Positions 38,066 to 46,899 of a DNA stretch of 64,000 nt are shown piece by piece. Below the pieces are notes generated by a model. It was not told the origin of the DNA. It saw only the letters and a program-made list of their open reading frames with translations, and ran no database searches. The stretch lies in sequence record NC_022096.1, one strand, 5' to 3'. Position numbers and translations under genes: made by a program. Each line of letters starts with the position of its first letter. Position 1 is the stretch's first letter.

Positions 38066-38287
38066 TTATTCCTCGTCCGAATGTTCTGCAATTGTTTGTG
38101 GCGTGATCATGGCCACCTGCACCCAATGAGCGATGACCAGAGTAACGACCAGAGCTGCGCACAGTGCGAGCCTTGGAACCGACGGGTCGGGCGTCTGTTC
38201 AAGCACGCCGAAGATAATCAGTAACGCCATCAGGTACATCATGGCGTAGTAGCGGTGTACGATAAACTTCAGGCTTGGTCGGTTCAT
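38066..38287 (-). CDS. small two-TM membrane protein
   Basis: Two hydrophobic segments. Confidence 0.65.
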   Translation of the reverse strand: MNRPSLKFIVHRYYAMMYLMALLIIFGVLEQTPDPSVPRLALCAALVVTLVIAHWVQVAMITPQTIAEHSDEE

Positions 38288-38300
38288 GTTCGTGTGATGC

Positions 38301-39110
38301 CTAGAGAATGTTCCATATACGATCGTGGATAGACCACAGGGCGAAAGCCTCGGGTTTGGCTTTCTTTCTGTGCCTGTTGATCACTGCTGGGATGTGAGGC
38401 ACGTTGCGTTTCGAGTGAGCGCGTCGCGCCTCTTTGTAGCTATTGTATTCACGGCTCGGCGGGTAGCCATCGAGTTCGATGGTGTACGTCGCCTTGTCCT
38501 TCTTGTCGAGCCGATCCTGTGCGTCGTCATGCAACGTCGTGAAGTAGTTGAGACGGTTGCGGTAGCGACCACGAGTTGCAGCCACGCGAGCCTCGTATTC
38601 CCGCTCCAGCGAATCGAGCTCCTCGATCATCTGCGCGTGCAGGTCAGCCTTCAGGTTGGTCAACGTCTTCGGATCGAGCGCTGCAATGTACTCAGCAAAC
38701 GCCAGATCAAGTTTGCGCTGGTTGGGCTTGCACCAGTGAGCCAGTGCATCAGAGAACGAGCCGACAAACAAGCCGCCTGCAAACTCACCAGACATTCGGA
38801 AGACCCCGACTGCCCACTGGGTGGCTGCGTTCTTGATCGGCAGGTCGAAGCCCTGTGGCGGGGCATTACCGCGGAACAGGGCGAACACCAGGTCGCTGTC
38901 GAACGGCCGCAGCTTGAACACTGGGCTCGGCTTACCGCGCTGCGCAAACACAGCATCTACGCACACGGAAAACGGCTCGTCTAAGCGAAGGTCTTCCCAG
39001 TAGTTGTTTGGCCAGTCAAGCGGAGTTCGCGCCTTGAGGAGAGCACTCTGGCCGAGCCTGTTCAACAGGGCGGAGTGCGTTTGCGCAACCGAGAGAGACT
39101 TGAGTTTCAT
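38301..39110 (-). CDS. hypothetical protein
   Basis: 269-aa ORF. Confidence 0.7.
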   Translation of the reverse strand: MKLKSLSVAQTHSALLNRLGQSALLKARTPLDWPNNYWEDLRLDEPFSVCVDAVFAQRGKPSPVFKLRPFDSDLVFALFRGNAPPQGFDLPIKNAATQWAVGVFRMSGEFAGGLFVGSFSDALAHWCKPNQRKLDLAFAEYIAALDPKTLTNLKADLHAQMIEELDSLEREYEARVAATRGRYRNRLNYFTTLHDDAQDRLDKKDKATYTIELDGYPPSREYNSYKEARRAHSKRNVPHIPAVINRHRKKAKPEAFALWSIHDRIWNIL

Positions 39111-39121
39111 TCGTAACCCTC

Positions 39122-39143
39122 AAAAGGCGACCCGAAGGCCGCC
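39122..39143 (-). terminator. intrinsic terminator
   Basis: GGCGGCC-TTCG-GGTCGCC-TTTT; same stem as at 61377 and 61886. Confidence 0.8.
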
Positions 39144-39153
39144 CAAGCGTATG

Positions 39154-40077
39154 TTAGAAGAGGAGTGTCCAGACGCAGCGCTCGGCGTCATACGTGGCGT
39201 ACTTGTGCCAAACGCCAGCGCCGTCTACGTCTGTCTCTTTTACAGTCCACAAGATCGTGGCGTCGATCATGCCGTGCTCACGTTCGTGGCGAGCCATCAG
39301 GCCGCGCACGCTCTTGACCGCAGTTGTGCGCAGAGGCGTCTTGTCATTGTTCGATCCGAGCACCAGACCGTACACGCGCGTGGCGTCATTCTCTTCCTGC
39401 CACTGCGCCTCTTCCGCATGAATCAACTGCGCCTGTTGTGCGGCCCACTGTTCGATCAGCTTTTTCCGCTGGGTGCGCCACTCCTCATCCAGCTTCTGGA
39501 GTTTGTGGTCACGATGCACGGTCACCGACTTGTTCATCTTTGGTAGCAAGCCCGAAGTCTCTTCGGCCATTTGTTTGCGCACCAGCTTTATCAGGTCAGC
39601 GTGCGAGGCGTTGATGAACTCGTACAGGCAATGGTCCCAGTCGCCCATGAAAACGTGGGCTTGTTCGTTGTTGTTGCTTACGTCAACCACAACCCAGCCG
39701 TACTCATTCATGTTGGTACTGTTGGGATTGACACACATGGTGGGCGCCAATGCAGCGCGCTGGTGAAGTGAGTCACTCCACGGAAACACGGAAGCGGCAC
39801 CACGAAGTTCGCAGTTGCTCGGCATCAGGTAGCGAGTGTGCGACCAGAGCGAACGCCAGAAGGCGTGGACAATGTCGCCGTCGATGTTGTACCAGCGGTC
39901 CCGCGTTGGGAAGCCGATTGGGGTACGCAGGTCGAAAGCCGCCTGCTCTGGTGCTTTCGTACCGTGGTAGCCTGCACGAACCAGATTGCCGTCAGGCAGT
40001 GCGAACACTCCCATCAGCTCGCACAGGCTTTCCGGAGTTTCGTAACCGCTAGTGTCTACAGTCGCACGTTCAGTCAT
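39154..40077 (-). CDS. hypothetical early protein
   Basis: First ORF after promoter copy C. Confidence 0.7.
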   Translation of the reverse strand: MTERATVDTSGYETPESLCELMGVFALPDGNLVRAGYHGTKAPEQAAFDLRTPIGFPTRDRWYNIDGDIVHAFWRSLWSHTRYLMPSNCELRGAASVFPWSDSLHQRAALAPTMCVNPNSTNMNEYGWVVVDVSNNNEQAHVFMGDWDHCLYEFINASHADLIKLVRKQMAEETSGLLPKMNKSVTVHRDHKLQKLDEEWRTQRKKLIEQWAAQQAQLIHAEEAQWQEENDATRVYGLVLGSNNDKTPLRTTAVKSVRGLMARHEREHGMIDATILWTVKETDVDGAGVWHKYATYDAERCVWTLLF

Positions 40078-40080
40078 ATC

Positions 40081-40167
40081 TAACCTCATCTAAGTCCATA
40101 ACCAATATACAATACAAGCATGATGCTTGCCCGTGCTCAGTATAACACACCGGCGGATGAGTGTCGA
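40081..40167 (-). promoter_or_regulatory. sigma70-type promoter with conserved leader (copy C)
   Basis: TCGACA-N17-TATACT (TG-extended), hairpin CAAGCA/TGCTTG, then GGTTATGGACTTAGATGAGGTTA. Confidence 0.75.
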
Positions 40168-40202
40168 TGGAGATAGCGGTTATGTTTATAGCGCAGGTAA
40201 CG

Positions 40203-40231
40203 ACAAACCCCGACACTAGGCCGGGGTTTGT
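40203..40231. terminator. intrinsic terminator
   Basis: ACAAACCCCG / CGGGGTTTGT followed by T-rich tail. Confidence 0.7.
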
Positions 40232-40235
40232 TTGA

Positions 40236-40394
40236 TCACAGTTCGCGCAGTTCGCGCTGGATTTCACGATCAGCAATGCGGCGCTCCGCTCTATGGCAGA
40301 GGGTCTTGAGTTCGCGCCCGTAGCCGATGCTACTGAACGGGCGACGACTCCAGAACTCGCCGGGTTGTTTGCTGCCGTGTTTGGTTCTGCTCAT
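40236..40394 (-). CDS. small basic protein (52 aa), not in the ORF track
   Basis: Own translation MSRTKHGSKQPGEFWSRRPFSSIGYGRELKTLCHRAERRIADREIQRELREL; GGAG SD. Confidence 0.7.
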   Translation of the reverse strand: MSRTKHGSKQPGEFWSRRPFSSIGYGRELKTLCHRAERRIADREIQRELREL

Positions 40395-40421
40395 GGTGGT
40401 TCTCCGAATATGACGGGAATG

Positions 40422-40448
40422 TCATATTCGGATAGTACGGTTGGTCAT
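40422..40448 (-). CDS. putative leader peptide MTNRTIRI
   Basis: Strong AAGGAGGT SD; stop codon lies in the 5' arm of a 12-bp hairpin covering the next SD. Confidence 0.45.
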   Translation of the reverse strand: MTNRTIRI

Positions 40449-40465
40449 AGCGGACCTCCTTGGTG

Positions 40466-40951
40466 TTATATCACGTTGCCGACATCGATGTTCTTCTGCG
40501 ACGCGAAGTCAGCAGGTCGCTTGTACTGTTCCTGCGGAATGTGACGGCCGTCTTCGTCGAGGTAACCCCACTCGTACTCTTTGGGCTTGCGTGGATGAAC
40601 GATGATCGTCCAGACGCCGCCCTTGGGGATACTGATGATGCGATGATAGCGCAGCCGTGCGATGTTGCACCAGCGGAACGCGGTGTGCAGCACCTCGCGA
40701 GTCACAGGCTTTTGACAATCGCAGTCGGGCACAGTGACGACCTGCTCCTCGACATACCAGCCTTTGACAACCATCGACTTGAACCCGTACGGGTGGTTGT
40801 GATGGATGCGAGTGTCGACCATCTTGATGTGGTGCAGCCGCACGCAAAACGGCAGATTCCACTCAGGCGGTACGATGTACCAGCGGTCCATGTAGCGACC
40901 GATGTTACGGTTGCGGTGCAGACCAATCAGTGCTTTGAATTTTTGCAACAT
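40466..40951 (-). CDS. cupin-fold protein
   Basis: VRLHHI....HHNHPYGFKSMVVKGWYVEE...YHRI...VWT cupin motifs. Confidence 0.65.
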   Translation of the reverse strand: MLQKFKALIGLHRNRNIGRYMDRWYIVPPEWNLPFCVRLHHIKMVDTRIHHNHPYGFKSMVVKGWYVEEQVVTVPDCDCQKPVTREVLHTAFRWCNIARLRYHRIISIPKGGVWTIIVHPRKPKEYEWGYLDEDGRHIPQEQYKRPADFASQKNIDVGNVI

Positions 40952-40956
40952 TCTGA

Positions 40957-41475
40957 TCACCCCAGGTAATGCGCTTTGCCGCAGTTGCACGGCTTTGGCG
41001 ACACGGCCTTCTTGACTTCGGTGAACAGCTTGTTGGTGGAAGACACGGAGAAATACGCATCGGTATTCACGCCGTTCTTCTCGCGGTAGCGGCGGTTCAC
41101 ATCCGCGCTGTTGAACATCGCGCCGTACGGCCACGATTGCTGATTCGCCTTTTCCCACATCGGGATGTCGAAGGCTTCCCGCTCGATTGCGCTCAGTTGG
41201 CTGGGTGCAACCTTCTGGTCGACCTTGGCACGGTTGGCTTTCAGCAAGCGGCCGTTGTCGGAGACCATCATCATTGCAGACATTTCGATCTTGCTATTGA
41301 TGATGGTGTACGAAACGCTGTCTCTCGACTCCTTGCGGATTGCAGGAACCTTGAACCAGGTGTCGCCGGTGAATTGGTGCTCAGGAATTTCCGGGCAGTA
41401 CCAGTTACGCATGAACACATACAGGACGGAGTTGAACTCCAAGCCCTGCGGATTGTCGTGTACATAGATCATCAC
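40957..41475 (-). CDS. hypothetical protein
   Basis: 172-aa ORF with GAGGT SD. Confidence 0.7.
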   Translation of the reverse strand: MMIYVHDNPQGLEFNSVLYVFMRNWYCPEIPEHQFTGDTWFKVPAIRKESRDSVSYTIINSKIEMSAMMMVSDNGRLLKANRAKVDQKVAPSQLSAIEREAFDIPMWEKANQQSWPYGAMFNSADVNRRYREKNGVNTDAYFSVSSTNKLFTEVKKAVSPKPCNCGKAHYLG

Positions 41476-41981
41476 GTTACCTCAAATGGGAGGAAGACAG
41501 GCCGACGGCCAGCTCCGATAAAGAGCGCGCACGGGTCCATTGAATAGGAGTAGTGCGCGTAGTTCGTGATGCGTCTAACTTCAAGCACTTCCAAGTGGTC
41601 GTACTCTTTGACGCCGTTGTTGAAACGCAGGCCGTTGTACACCTGGCACGGCTGCACTTCGATCAGATGGTGAGAGTTCAGGCGGACGTGGCGTATCGAG
41701 GTCATGAACGACACGATCTGCCCATTCGACTCCCGCATCCGAAGCGCGTAGGCTTCACTGCCGAACGCGCCTATCTGGATACGCACAGCAATCTCGCCGT
41801 CTGGCCCAAGCACGCGATGGACGTGGTTGTTGGGTTTCGACATAGCGAGTTCGCTGACACGAATCGGTGTGCCATTCGGGCGGAGCACGAAGCATCCGCC
41901 GCAAATGGTGTTCTGACTCAGAGGCATCGGGCGCAGCGATTGCAGGTTTACGCCTTTGTTGAAGCCATTGGTGAGCGGCAT
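41472..41981 (-). CDS. hypothetical protein
   Basis: Start MPLT chosen to avoid overlapping the topoisomerase A gene. Confidence 0.55.
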   Translation of the reverse strand: MPLTNGFNKGVNLQSLRPMPLSQNTICGGCFVLRPNGTPIRVSELAMSKPNNHVHRVLGPDGEIAVRIQIGAFGSEAYALRMRESNGQIVSFMTSIRHVRLNSHHLIEVQPCQVYNGLRFNNGVKEYDHLEVLEVRRITNYAHYSYSMDPCALFIGAGRRPVFLPFEVT

Positions 41982-41985
41982 GATG

Positions 41986-43602
41986 TCAGGCAAACTCCAG
42001 GCCAGACTTGTTCTTGTCAGGGTTCTTGAGGTACGACTTGACGCGAGCTTCGGTGTCACGCGCTGCTCGGGCACCCGGGGCCTTGAGGTCTTTGGCGAGC
42101 TGCTTCAATTCGTCCTTGAGCTCCTTGATCTTCTCCTTGAGCGCGGCCGCTTCCAACTTGGCAAGCTGGCGAACTTTTCGGTCGAGGATGATGATCGCGT
42201 CTTCGACCGGAATCTTCAACGCCTTGGCGAGTGCTGCGTTCGGGTCGTTGCTCACCAAAACTTTCGGCAATGCCTTGAGCAGTTGCTCCATGTTCTCGAC
42301 GGCGAACAGGTAGACCTCGTTGATGTGCAGGTCACGCTCAGCGCGCTTGGTCAGATACTTGATCAGCCGCACTTCCAGCTTGGTGCGATAGTTGATCCAC
42401 TTGGTGAAGAAGTCCACGTAGTTCAGGTACTTGAACTCGTTCGCCTCTTCCGCCTTACGGATCGTGACACCCAGGCGGTAGTTCACGGAGCTGGTGGTTG
42501 CCTTCTCAACGGCTTCCACGATGTCAGCGAAGCGATCCTCGCCGACGTTGCGACCGCACTCGACGATGAACAGGGCGCCGTACGGACCAGAGCCCTTCGA
42601 CTTCTTGCCCTGCTTGGAAAAGGTCTTCTTCACGCCGTTGATGGCGCTCAACTTCTCCAGGGTCTTGTCGATGGTCTTGGTCGACGACAGGCCTGCGGGT
42701 ACGAACGAGCGAATCTGGATCGTGCGGGTTTTGAAGTCCGCATTCATCAGCGGTGCGTACACGATGTTGCCGCGGCCGGTCTTGAGCATTTCGGCGAACT
42801 GGCTGCCGGCAGTGATGTCCTCGCAACCGAACGGGTGCTGAATCTTCAACACCTTGGCGAGTTGCTTGGCGTTGAACTCCTTGCCGTTCAGCATATCGAT
42901 GACGACGCGCGCCACAGACTTGAACGAGAAGCTCGGGTTGCCAGCGCGCACGCCGTACGCAGGTGCAGGCACGTTGCCGTTAAACAGCACGTACGGGAGC
43001 AGCGCAGGCAGGAACAGCGGGATCACGTCGTCGCCGGAGAAGTTGGGGACTTTCGGCACGACTTCCAGGTACTTGGTGTCCAGCAGGAACATGTGCGAGA
43101 ACTTCGACATCCGCGCTTCGGTGTAACGCTGTGCGGCTGCCGGGTTGATCGGAGTACCCCAGTTACCCTGACCATCGACAGCAGGCGGCATGGTGTTCGC
43201 AATCGTCACCATCGCACCGTATGCTGCGGCGTCGCCGTGCGGGTGGTACTTACCGATGGTGTCACCGACAGTACGTGCCGACTTCTTGTAGCCGCTCGAC
43301 GGACGCAACGACAGACCAGCGAGCGACCAGAGCAGCGAACGGTGAACTGGCTTCAACCCGTCACGGATGTCAGGCACAGCACGGTCTTCAACCACGTAGC
43401 TGCCGTAGGTGAACATGGCTTCGGCAGTGTACTGATCGATGGTGGTGGTCTGCACGGTGTTTGCTTTCAACGGAAAGCGGTCTTCGGCATGCAGTACCTT
43501 GCCTTTGCCTTTCTTCACCTTCTTGTTGCTGACTTCAATCTGCACGTCAGCAGCAGCAGCGCCGCGGGTTTTTTCTTTCTTGGTTTTCTTGACCTTGGCC
43601 AT
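41986..43602 (-). CDS. gyrA: type IIA topoisomerase subunit A (GyrA/ParC family) lacking the C-terminal pinwheel
   Basis: RAVPDIRDGLKPVHR, KSARTVGD.IGKYHPHGD, AAQRYTEAR; only 538 aa. Confidence 0.92.
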   Translation of the reverse strand: MAKVKKTKKEKTRGAAAADVQIEVSNKKVKKGKGKVLHAEDRFPLKANTVQTTTIDQYTAEAMFTYGSYVVEDRAVPDIRDGLKPVHRSLLWSLAGLSLRPSSGYKKSARTVGDTIGKYHPHGDAAAYGAMVTIANTMPPAVDGQGNWGTPINPAAAQRYTEARMSKFSHMFLLDTKYLEVVPKVPNFSGDDVIPLFLPALLPYVLFNGNVPAPAYGVRAGNPSFSFKSVARVVIDMLNGKEFNAKQLAKVLKIQHPFGCEDITAGSQFAEMLKTGRGNIVYAPLMNADFKTRTIQIRSFVPAGLSSTKTIDKTLEKLSAINGVKKTFSKQGKKSKGSGPYGALFIVECGRNVGEDRFADIVEAVEKATTSSVNYRLGVTIRKAEEANEFKYLNYVDFFTKWINYRTKLEVRLIKYLTKRAERDLHINEVYLFAVENMEQLLKALPKVLVSNDPNAALAKALKIPVEDAIIILDRKVRQLAKLEAAALKEKIKELKDELKQLAKDLKAPGARAARDTEARVKSYLKNPDKNKSGLEFA

Positions 43603-45618
43603 TTAGTCCTCCAGACCCAGCAGACGGCGACGGTATACAGCATCTTCTGCAACGACGCCACGGAACCAGAGTTCTTGCTCGTGGTTGGCGAACGGATTGA
43701 TGCGAATGAGATTGCGGTGTTCAGGCGAGAACGCGATCGGTTCTAGGAAAGTCTCATCGACCTCACCCCAGCCCTTGATGCGAACGATGTCCTTGTCCTT
43801 GACTGCCTTGGGTGCGGCTTTACGGCACTCATCGAAGGTCATGCCACCGTAGAGTTTGCCGTCATGGAGCACAGCATACAGCGGAGCCTTGACGCACCAG
43901 ACGCGGCCTTCTTTGAACAGGTCTGGCAGCAGTCGGTAGATCGCCGCTAGGAACAGTACGGCAATGTGCCCACCATCCGGGTCCGGATCGACCAGGAAGA
44001 TGATGTTGCCAGTACGCAGATTGTCGGTCGACAGACGCGGGTTCTCAGCTTTCGGATCGAGCGTCTTGATGTCGGCGCCCAGGCTGATGAGCATGTTCTG
44101 GATTTCTTCGTGACCCAGAATCTTCGCCAGGGTCGCTTTCAGTGCGTTCAGTGGCTTACCGCCAGCACCCAGCACTTCCTGATAGTTCGCGTCTCGGGCG
44201 TCGATTGCAGTACCTGCGGCCGAGTCACCCTCAACGATGAACAGCTCGCGCTCATGTGGCTTGGCCTTGTCGGCGACAGCAAGTGCGCTCGGCAGACTGG
44301 AGCCCTTGATCGACTTCTTCGCGTCAGCCATGGACTTGACGACAGCAGCGAGTTCTTCACGGCCCTTGTTCATCACCAGTGCGCGCTTGATGATGGTCTT
44401 CGCAACGCGCTGGTTGGCTTTGAAGTACTCCTCGAACACTGGCAGCATTGCCTCGTGAACTTCGCGGTCGACCTTCGAAGCCAGCTTGTCTTTCACCTGC
44501 GAGGTGTACTGGGCGCCGTGCATACGCCAGTCAAACATACCAACCAGACCGATCAGCAGGTCAGAACCAGAGAATCCATTGCCGCCTTTCTTCTTGCCCT
44601 TGGGCTGAGTCATGTACGGCTTGATCGCAGCCATCAGGGCGCTGGTAAATCCGGTGACGTGCCAGCCACCATCGACAGTCGGCGACGTGTTCACGAACGT
44701 CAGGAAGTGGTCGGCATCCGGATGGTCAGCCCACACGACAGAGCAACTGATGTTGTCGGTCTTGAACGTCATGGGCTTGCCGATCATGCCCAGTTCGCGT
44801 TCCTCACACATTGCCTTGGGTACCCAAGCCAAGTCCTTCTTGTTCAGGAAGGTAAACGCTTTGGTCTTGCCGCCCTTGATGACCTTGAAGCGAATCTCCA
44901 GACCTGGGTTCAGGTTCGCCATGTTCTTCAACCACATGGCAATCGGCTTGGCCTGGGGCGAGGCATGCACATAATCTTTCGGCAGGGCCTTACCACGACG
45001 GGCAGACTCAGACACGACGGTCTGGTCGAGCTTGCCCGCGATGATGGTGCCGTACTTGCTCTGCTTCATCGACAGGCGCGAGGCCACGTCCTTGTCGATG
45101 CTCTTGACCTTGATCGGGTCTTTACCCTTGGTTGTGATTTCGCCTTTCGAGAACGACTGGAAGGCGCACTTGCCGTTGTACATACTCCAGACACGCAACT
45201 CCTCGCACACGGCGTTCACCGCCGCAACACCAACGCCGTGAGTACCGGCCGAAGTCTTGTACGAATCGGAGTTGAACTTGCCACCTGCGTGGGCGCGAGA
45301 GAACGCGGCCGTCATGATGGTCTCTTTCGTCCCGTCTTTCAACTTCTTGTAGTCGGTCGGGATACCGCCAGCAGCGTCGGCGACGATGTGGAAGTCGGCG
45401 TCGTAGTCGAGGATGACCTCGATCAACTTGTTACGACCGGCGATGGCCTCGTCGTATGCGTTGTCTACCTCTTCCTTGATGACACGGTACGCCATGTCAT
45501 GACCGAGGTTACCCAAGTACATCGTGGGGTTTATACGGATGCCTTGGAGGCCCTCCGCGATGACGAAGCCCTCCTGAGAGGCAGACTTCTTCCCCTTCTT
45601 GATCTTTTCCTTAGCCAT
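43603..45618 (-). CDS. gyrB: type IIA topoisomerase subunit B (GyrB/ParE family)
   Basis: EEVDNAYDE, SAGTHGVG, LFIVEGDSA, VDPDPDGGHI, RIKGWGE. Confidence 0.92.
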   Translation of the reverse strand: MAKEKIKKGKKSASQEGFVIAEGLQGIRINPTMYLGNLGHDMAYRVIKEEVDNAYDEAIAGRNKLIEVILDYDADFHIVADAAGGIPTDYKKLKDGTKETIMTAAFSRAHAGGKFNSDSYKTSAGTHGVGVAAVNAVCEELRVWSMYNGKCAFQSFSKGEITTKGKDPIKVKSIDKDVASRLSMKQSKYGTIIAGKLDQTVVSESARRGKALPKDYVHASPQAKPIAMWLKNMANLNPGLEIRFKVIKGGKTKAFTFLNKKDLAWVPKAMCEERELGMIGKPMTFKTDNISCSVVWADHPDADHFLTFVNTSPTVDGGWHVTGFTSALMAAIKPYMTQPKGKKKGGNGFSGSDLLIGLVGMFDWRMHGAQYTSQVKDKLASKVDREVHEAMLPVFEEYFKANQRVAKTIIKRALVMNKGREELAAVVKSMADAKKSIKGSSLPSALAVADKAKPHERELFIVEGDSAAGTAIDARDANYQEVLGAGGKPLNALKATLAKILGHEEIQNMLISLGADIKTLDPKAENPRLSTDNLRTGNIIFLVDPDPDGGHIAVLFLAAIYRLLPDLFKEGRVWCVKAPLYAVLHDGKLYGGMTFDECRKAAPKAVKDKDIVRIKGWGEVDETFLEPIAFSPEHRNLIRINPFANHEQELWFRGVVAEDAVYRRRLLGLED

Positions 45619-45708
45619 GTTCGATTGAACTCCGTTGGTTCGGTATGAGGACTAGAGCGAAAGTGTTGGACCTGATTGCAGGCCGTACGTAAGCTGTTTA
45701 CACTTACG

Positions 45709-46041
45709 TCATTTTCGAGTTGTGGTTTGTTTGGCCTTGTCGAGTTTTGCTTTTTCCTTCTTCGCCCAGGTGTAACCAGAGTCGCCGCCCCAAAGCAGCC
45801 ATGCGATATAGCCGTTGCTGGGGTTGGCTCGATTGCCAAAATTTGCCGCACGTTTGTCCACTTCATGGCGGGCGAAGAAGGAGACCATGCGACGTATCAC
45901 AGCATCGCTGACGGTGCGACCCTGCGACAACTGGCGGGCGCGTGCCCAGCCAACCTTCGTACCTCCCCTCTTAAACTCTTTGTGCAAAGTCAAGCCAAGA
46001 GCGGCAGCACGTCGAACGGATGCAGGTGCAGTGCGAGACAT
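45709..46041 (-). CDS. conserved phage protein of unknown function
   Basis: GGTKVGWARARQL..RMVSFFARH..GYIAWLLWGGD pattern, recalled from many phages. Confidence 0.7.
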   Translation of the reverse strand: MSRTAPASVRRAAALGLTLHKEFKRGGTKVGWARARQLSQGRTVSDAVIRRMVSFFARHEVDKRAANFGNRANPSNGYIAWLLWGGDSGYTWAKKEKAKLDKAKQTTTRK

Positions 46042-46085
46042 AGCGAGTAGTCCTTTGAGGTGAGAGAAAAACGACAAACCCAGCA

Positions 46086-46469
46086 CTAGGCTGGGTCGGT
46101 CTGTTGGCGTATGAATATTGGATCGATGTGGCCTTCGATGTACCAGCACACGTCATCTGGTCGGTGTGCGGGATCGTCGTTGTCGTAACTTCGCCACTCT
46201 GGGTCCGGCCGTAAGGTTGACTTGAACAGCGAAACGTCCACTTCAAGAACGACAGCATCAGGGCCTTTGAAGAAGGCGGCGTTCAACGTATCGTCGGTCA
46301 ACACGTCCGCATCGAGCGCGAGAAACACGCGCCCTGCAACTTCGCCGCCGTCTGTGGCGCGCGGCATGTTCGGCAGTAAGCCGTCACGCAGAATTGCGCT
46401 CACGTTGTCACGATGCGTAACGTGAACAAGCACGTCTGGGATATGGTCCATGAGAGTCTTCGCCGTCAC
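46086..46469 (-). CDS. ADP-ribosyltransferase-fold protein (Tpt1/KptA/DarT-like)
   Basis: LVHVT..NV.AIL.DGL.P, VFLA, VVLEVD, WY..GHIDP..I: the H-x-T ART pattern. Confidence 0.65.
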   Translation of the reverse strand: MTAKTLMDHIPDVLVHVTHRDNVSAILRDGLLPNMPRATDGGEVAGRVFLALDADVLTDDTLNAAFFKGPDAVVLEVDVSLFKSTLRPDPEWRSYDNDDPAHRPDDVCWYIEGHIDPIFIRQQTDPA

Positions 46470-46768
46470 AGGTCTATGATGGCGCCGACAATCGGCATTT
46501 GGAGTTCGTCGTCTTCGTGGCAGCCCATGCTAGCCATCCAGTCGAGAACTTCTTCCTCGGTCAGGATGCCAGGCTCAGATGCGCCCGTTTCACGCAGCAG
46601 GTCAGGCAACACAGCCGCAGACAACGCCTCAGTTACATGCTTGCCATTCATGACTTCGGCATTGCCGTCAGCCAGTTCAGCCGTCAGGTGCAGAATCAAG
46701 CTGGACGGCAACAGGCCATCGACATCACCAGACTCCAGTGCCGCTTTGACGTGTTCGTAGTTGGACAT
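46466..46768 (-). CDS. hypothetical early protein
   Basis: First ORF after promoter copy D; AGGAG SD. Confidence 0.7.
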   Translation of the reverse strand: MSNYEHVKAALESGDVDGLLPSSLILHLTAELADGNAEVMNGKHVTEALSAAVLPDLLRETGASEPGILTEEEVLDWMASMGCHEDDELQMPIVGAIIDL

Positions 46769-46786
46769 GTGCAAACTCCTTAAACG

Positions 46787-46867
46787 TAACCTATGAGCGT
46801 AACCAATATAGTTGACACAATCTAGGTGTCACGCATCCAGTATATCACACCAGACACACGCAGACAA
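46787..46867 (-). promoter_or_regulatory. sigma70-type promoter with conserved leader (copy D)
   Basis: TTGTCT-N17-TATACT (TG-extended), hairpin TGACAC/GTGTCA, then TATATTGGTTAC..AGGTTAC. Confidence 0.7.
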
Positions 46868-46899
46868 GCGCCTTAATGGTTACGCCCATAGTTGACGTA

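Noticed and set aside
10799-45618. Inteins or group I introns in TerL, helicase, RecA or topoisomerase
   Set aside because: The ORFs are continuous and of ordinary length, with no C/S..HN intein ends or LAGLIDADG motifs seen.
41986-45618. Calling the topoisomerase a true supercoiling gyrase
   Set aside because: Subunit A stops before any GyrA-box or pinwheel domain, so relaxation/decatenation is more likely. The gene symbols indicate family only.
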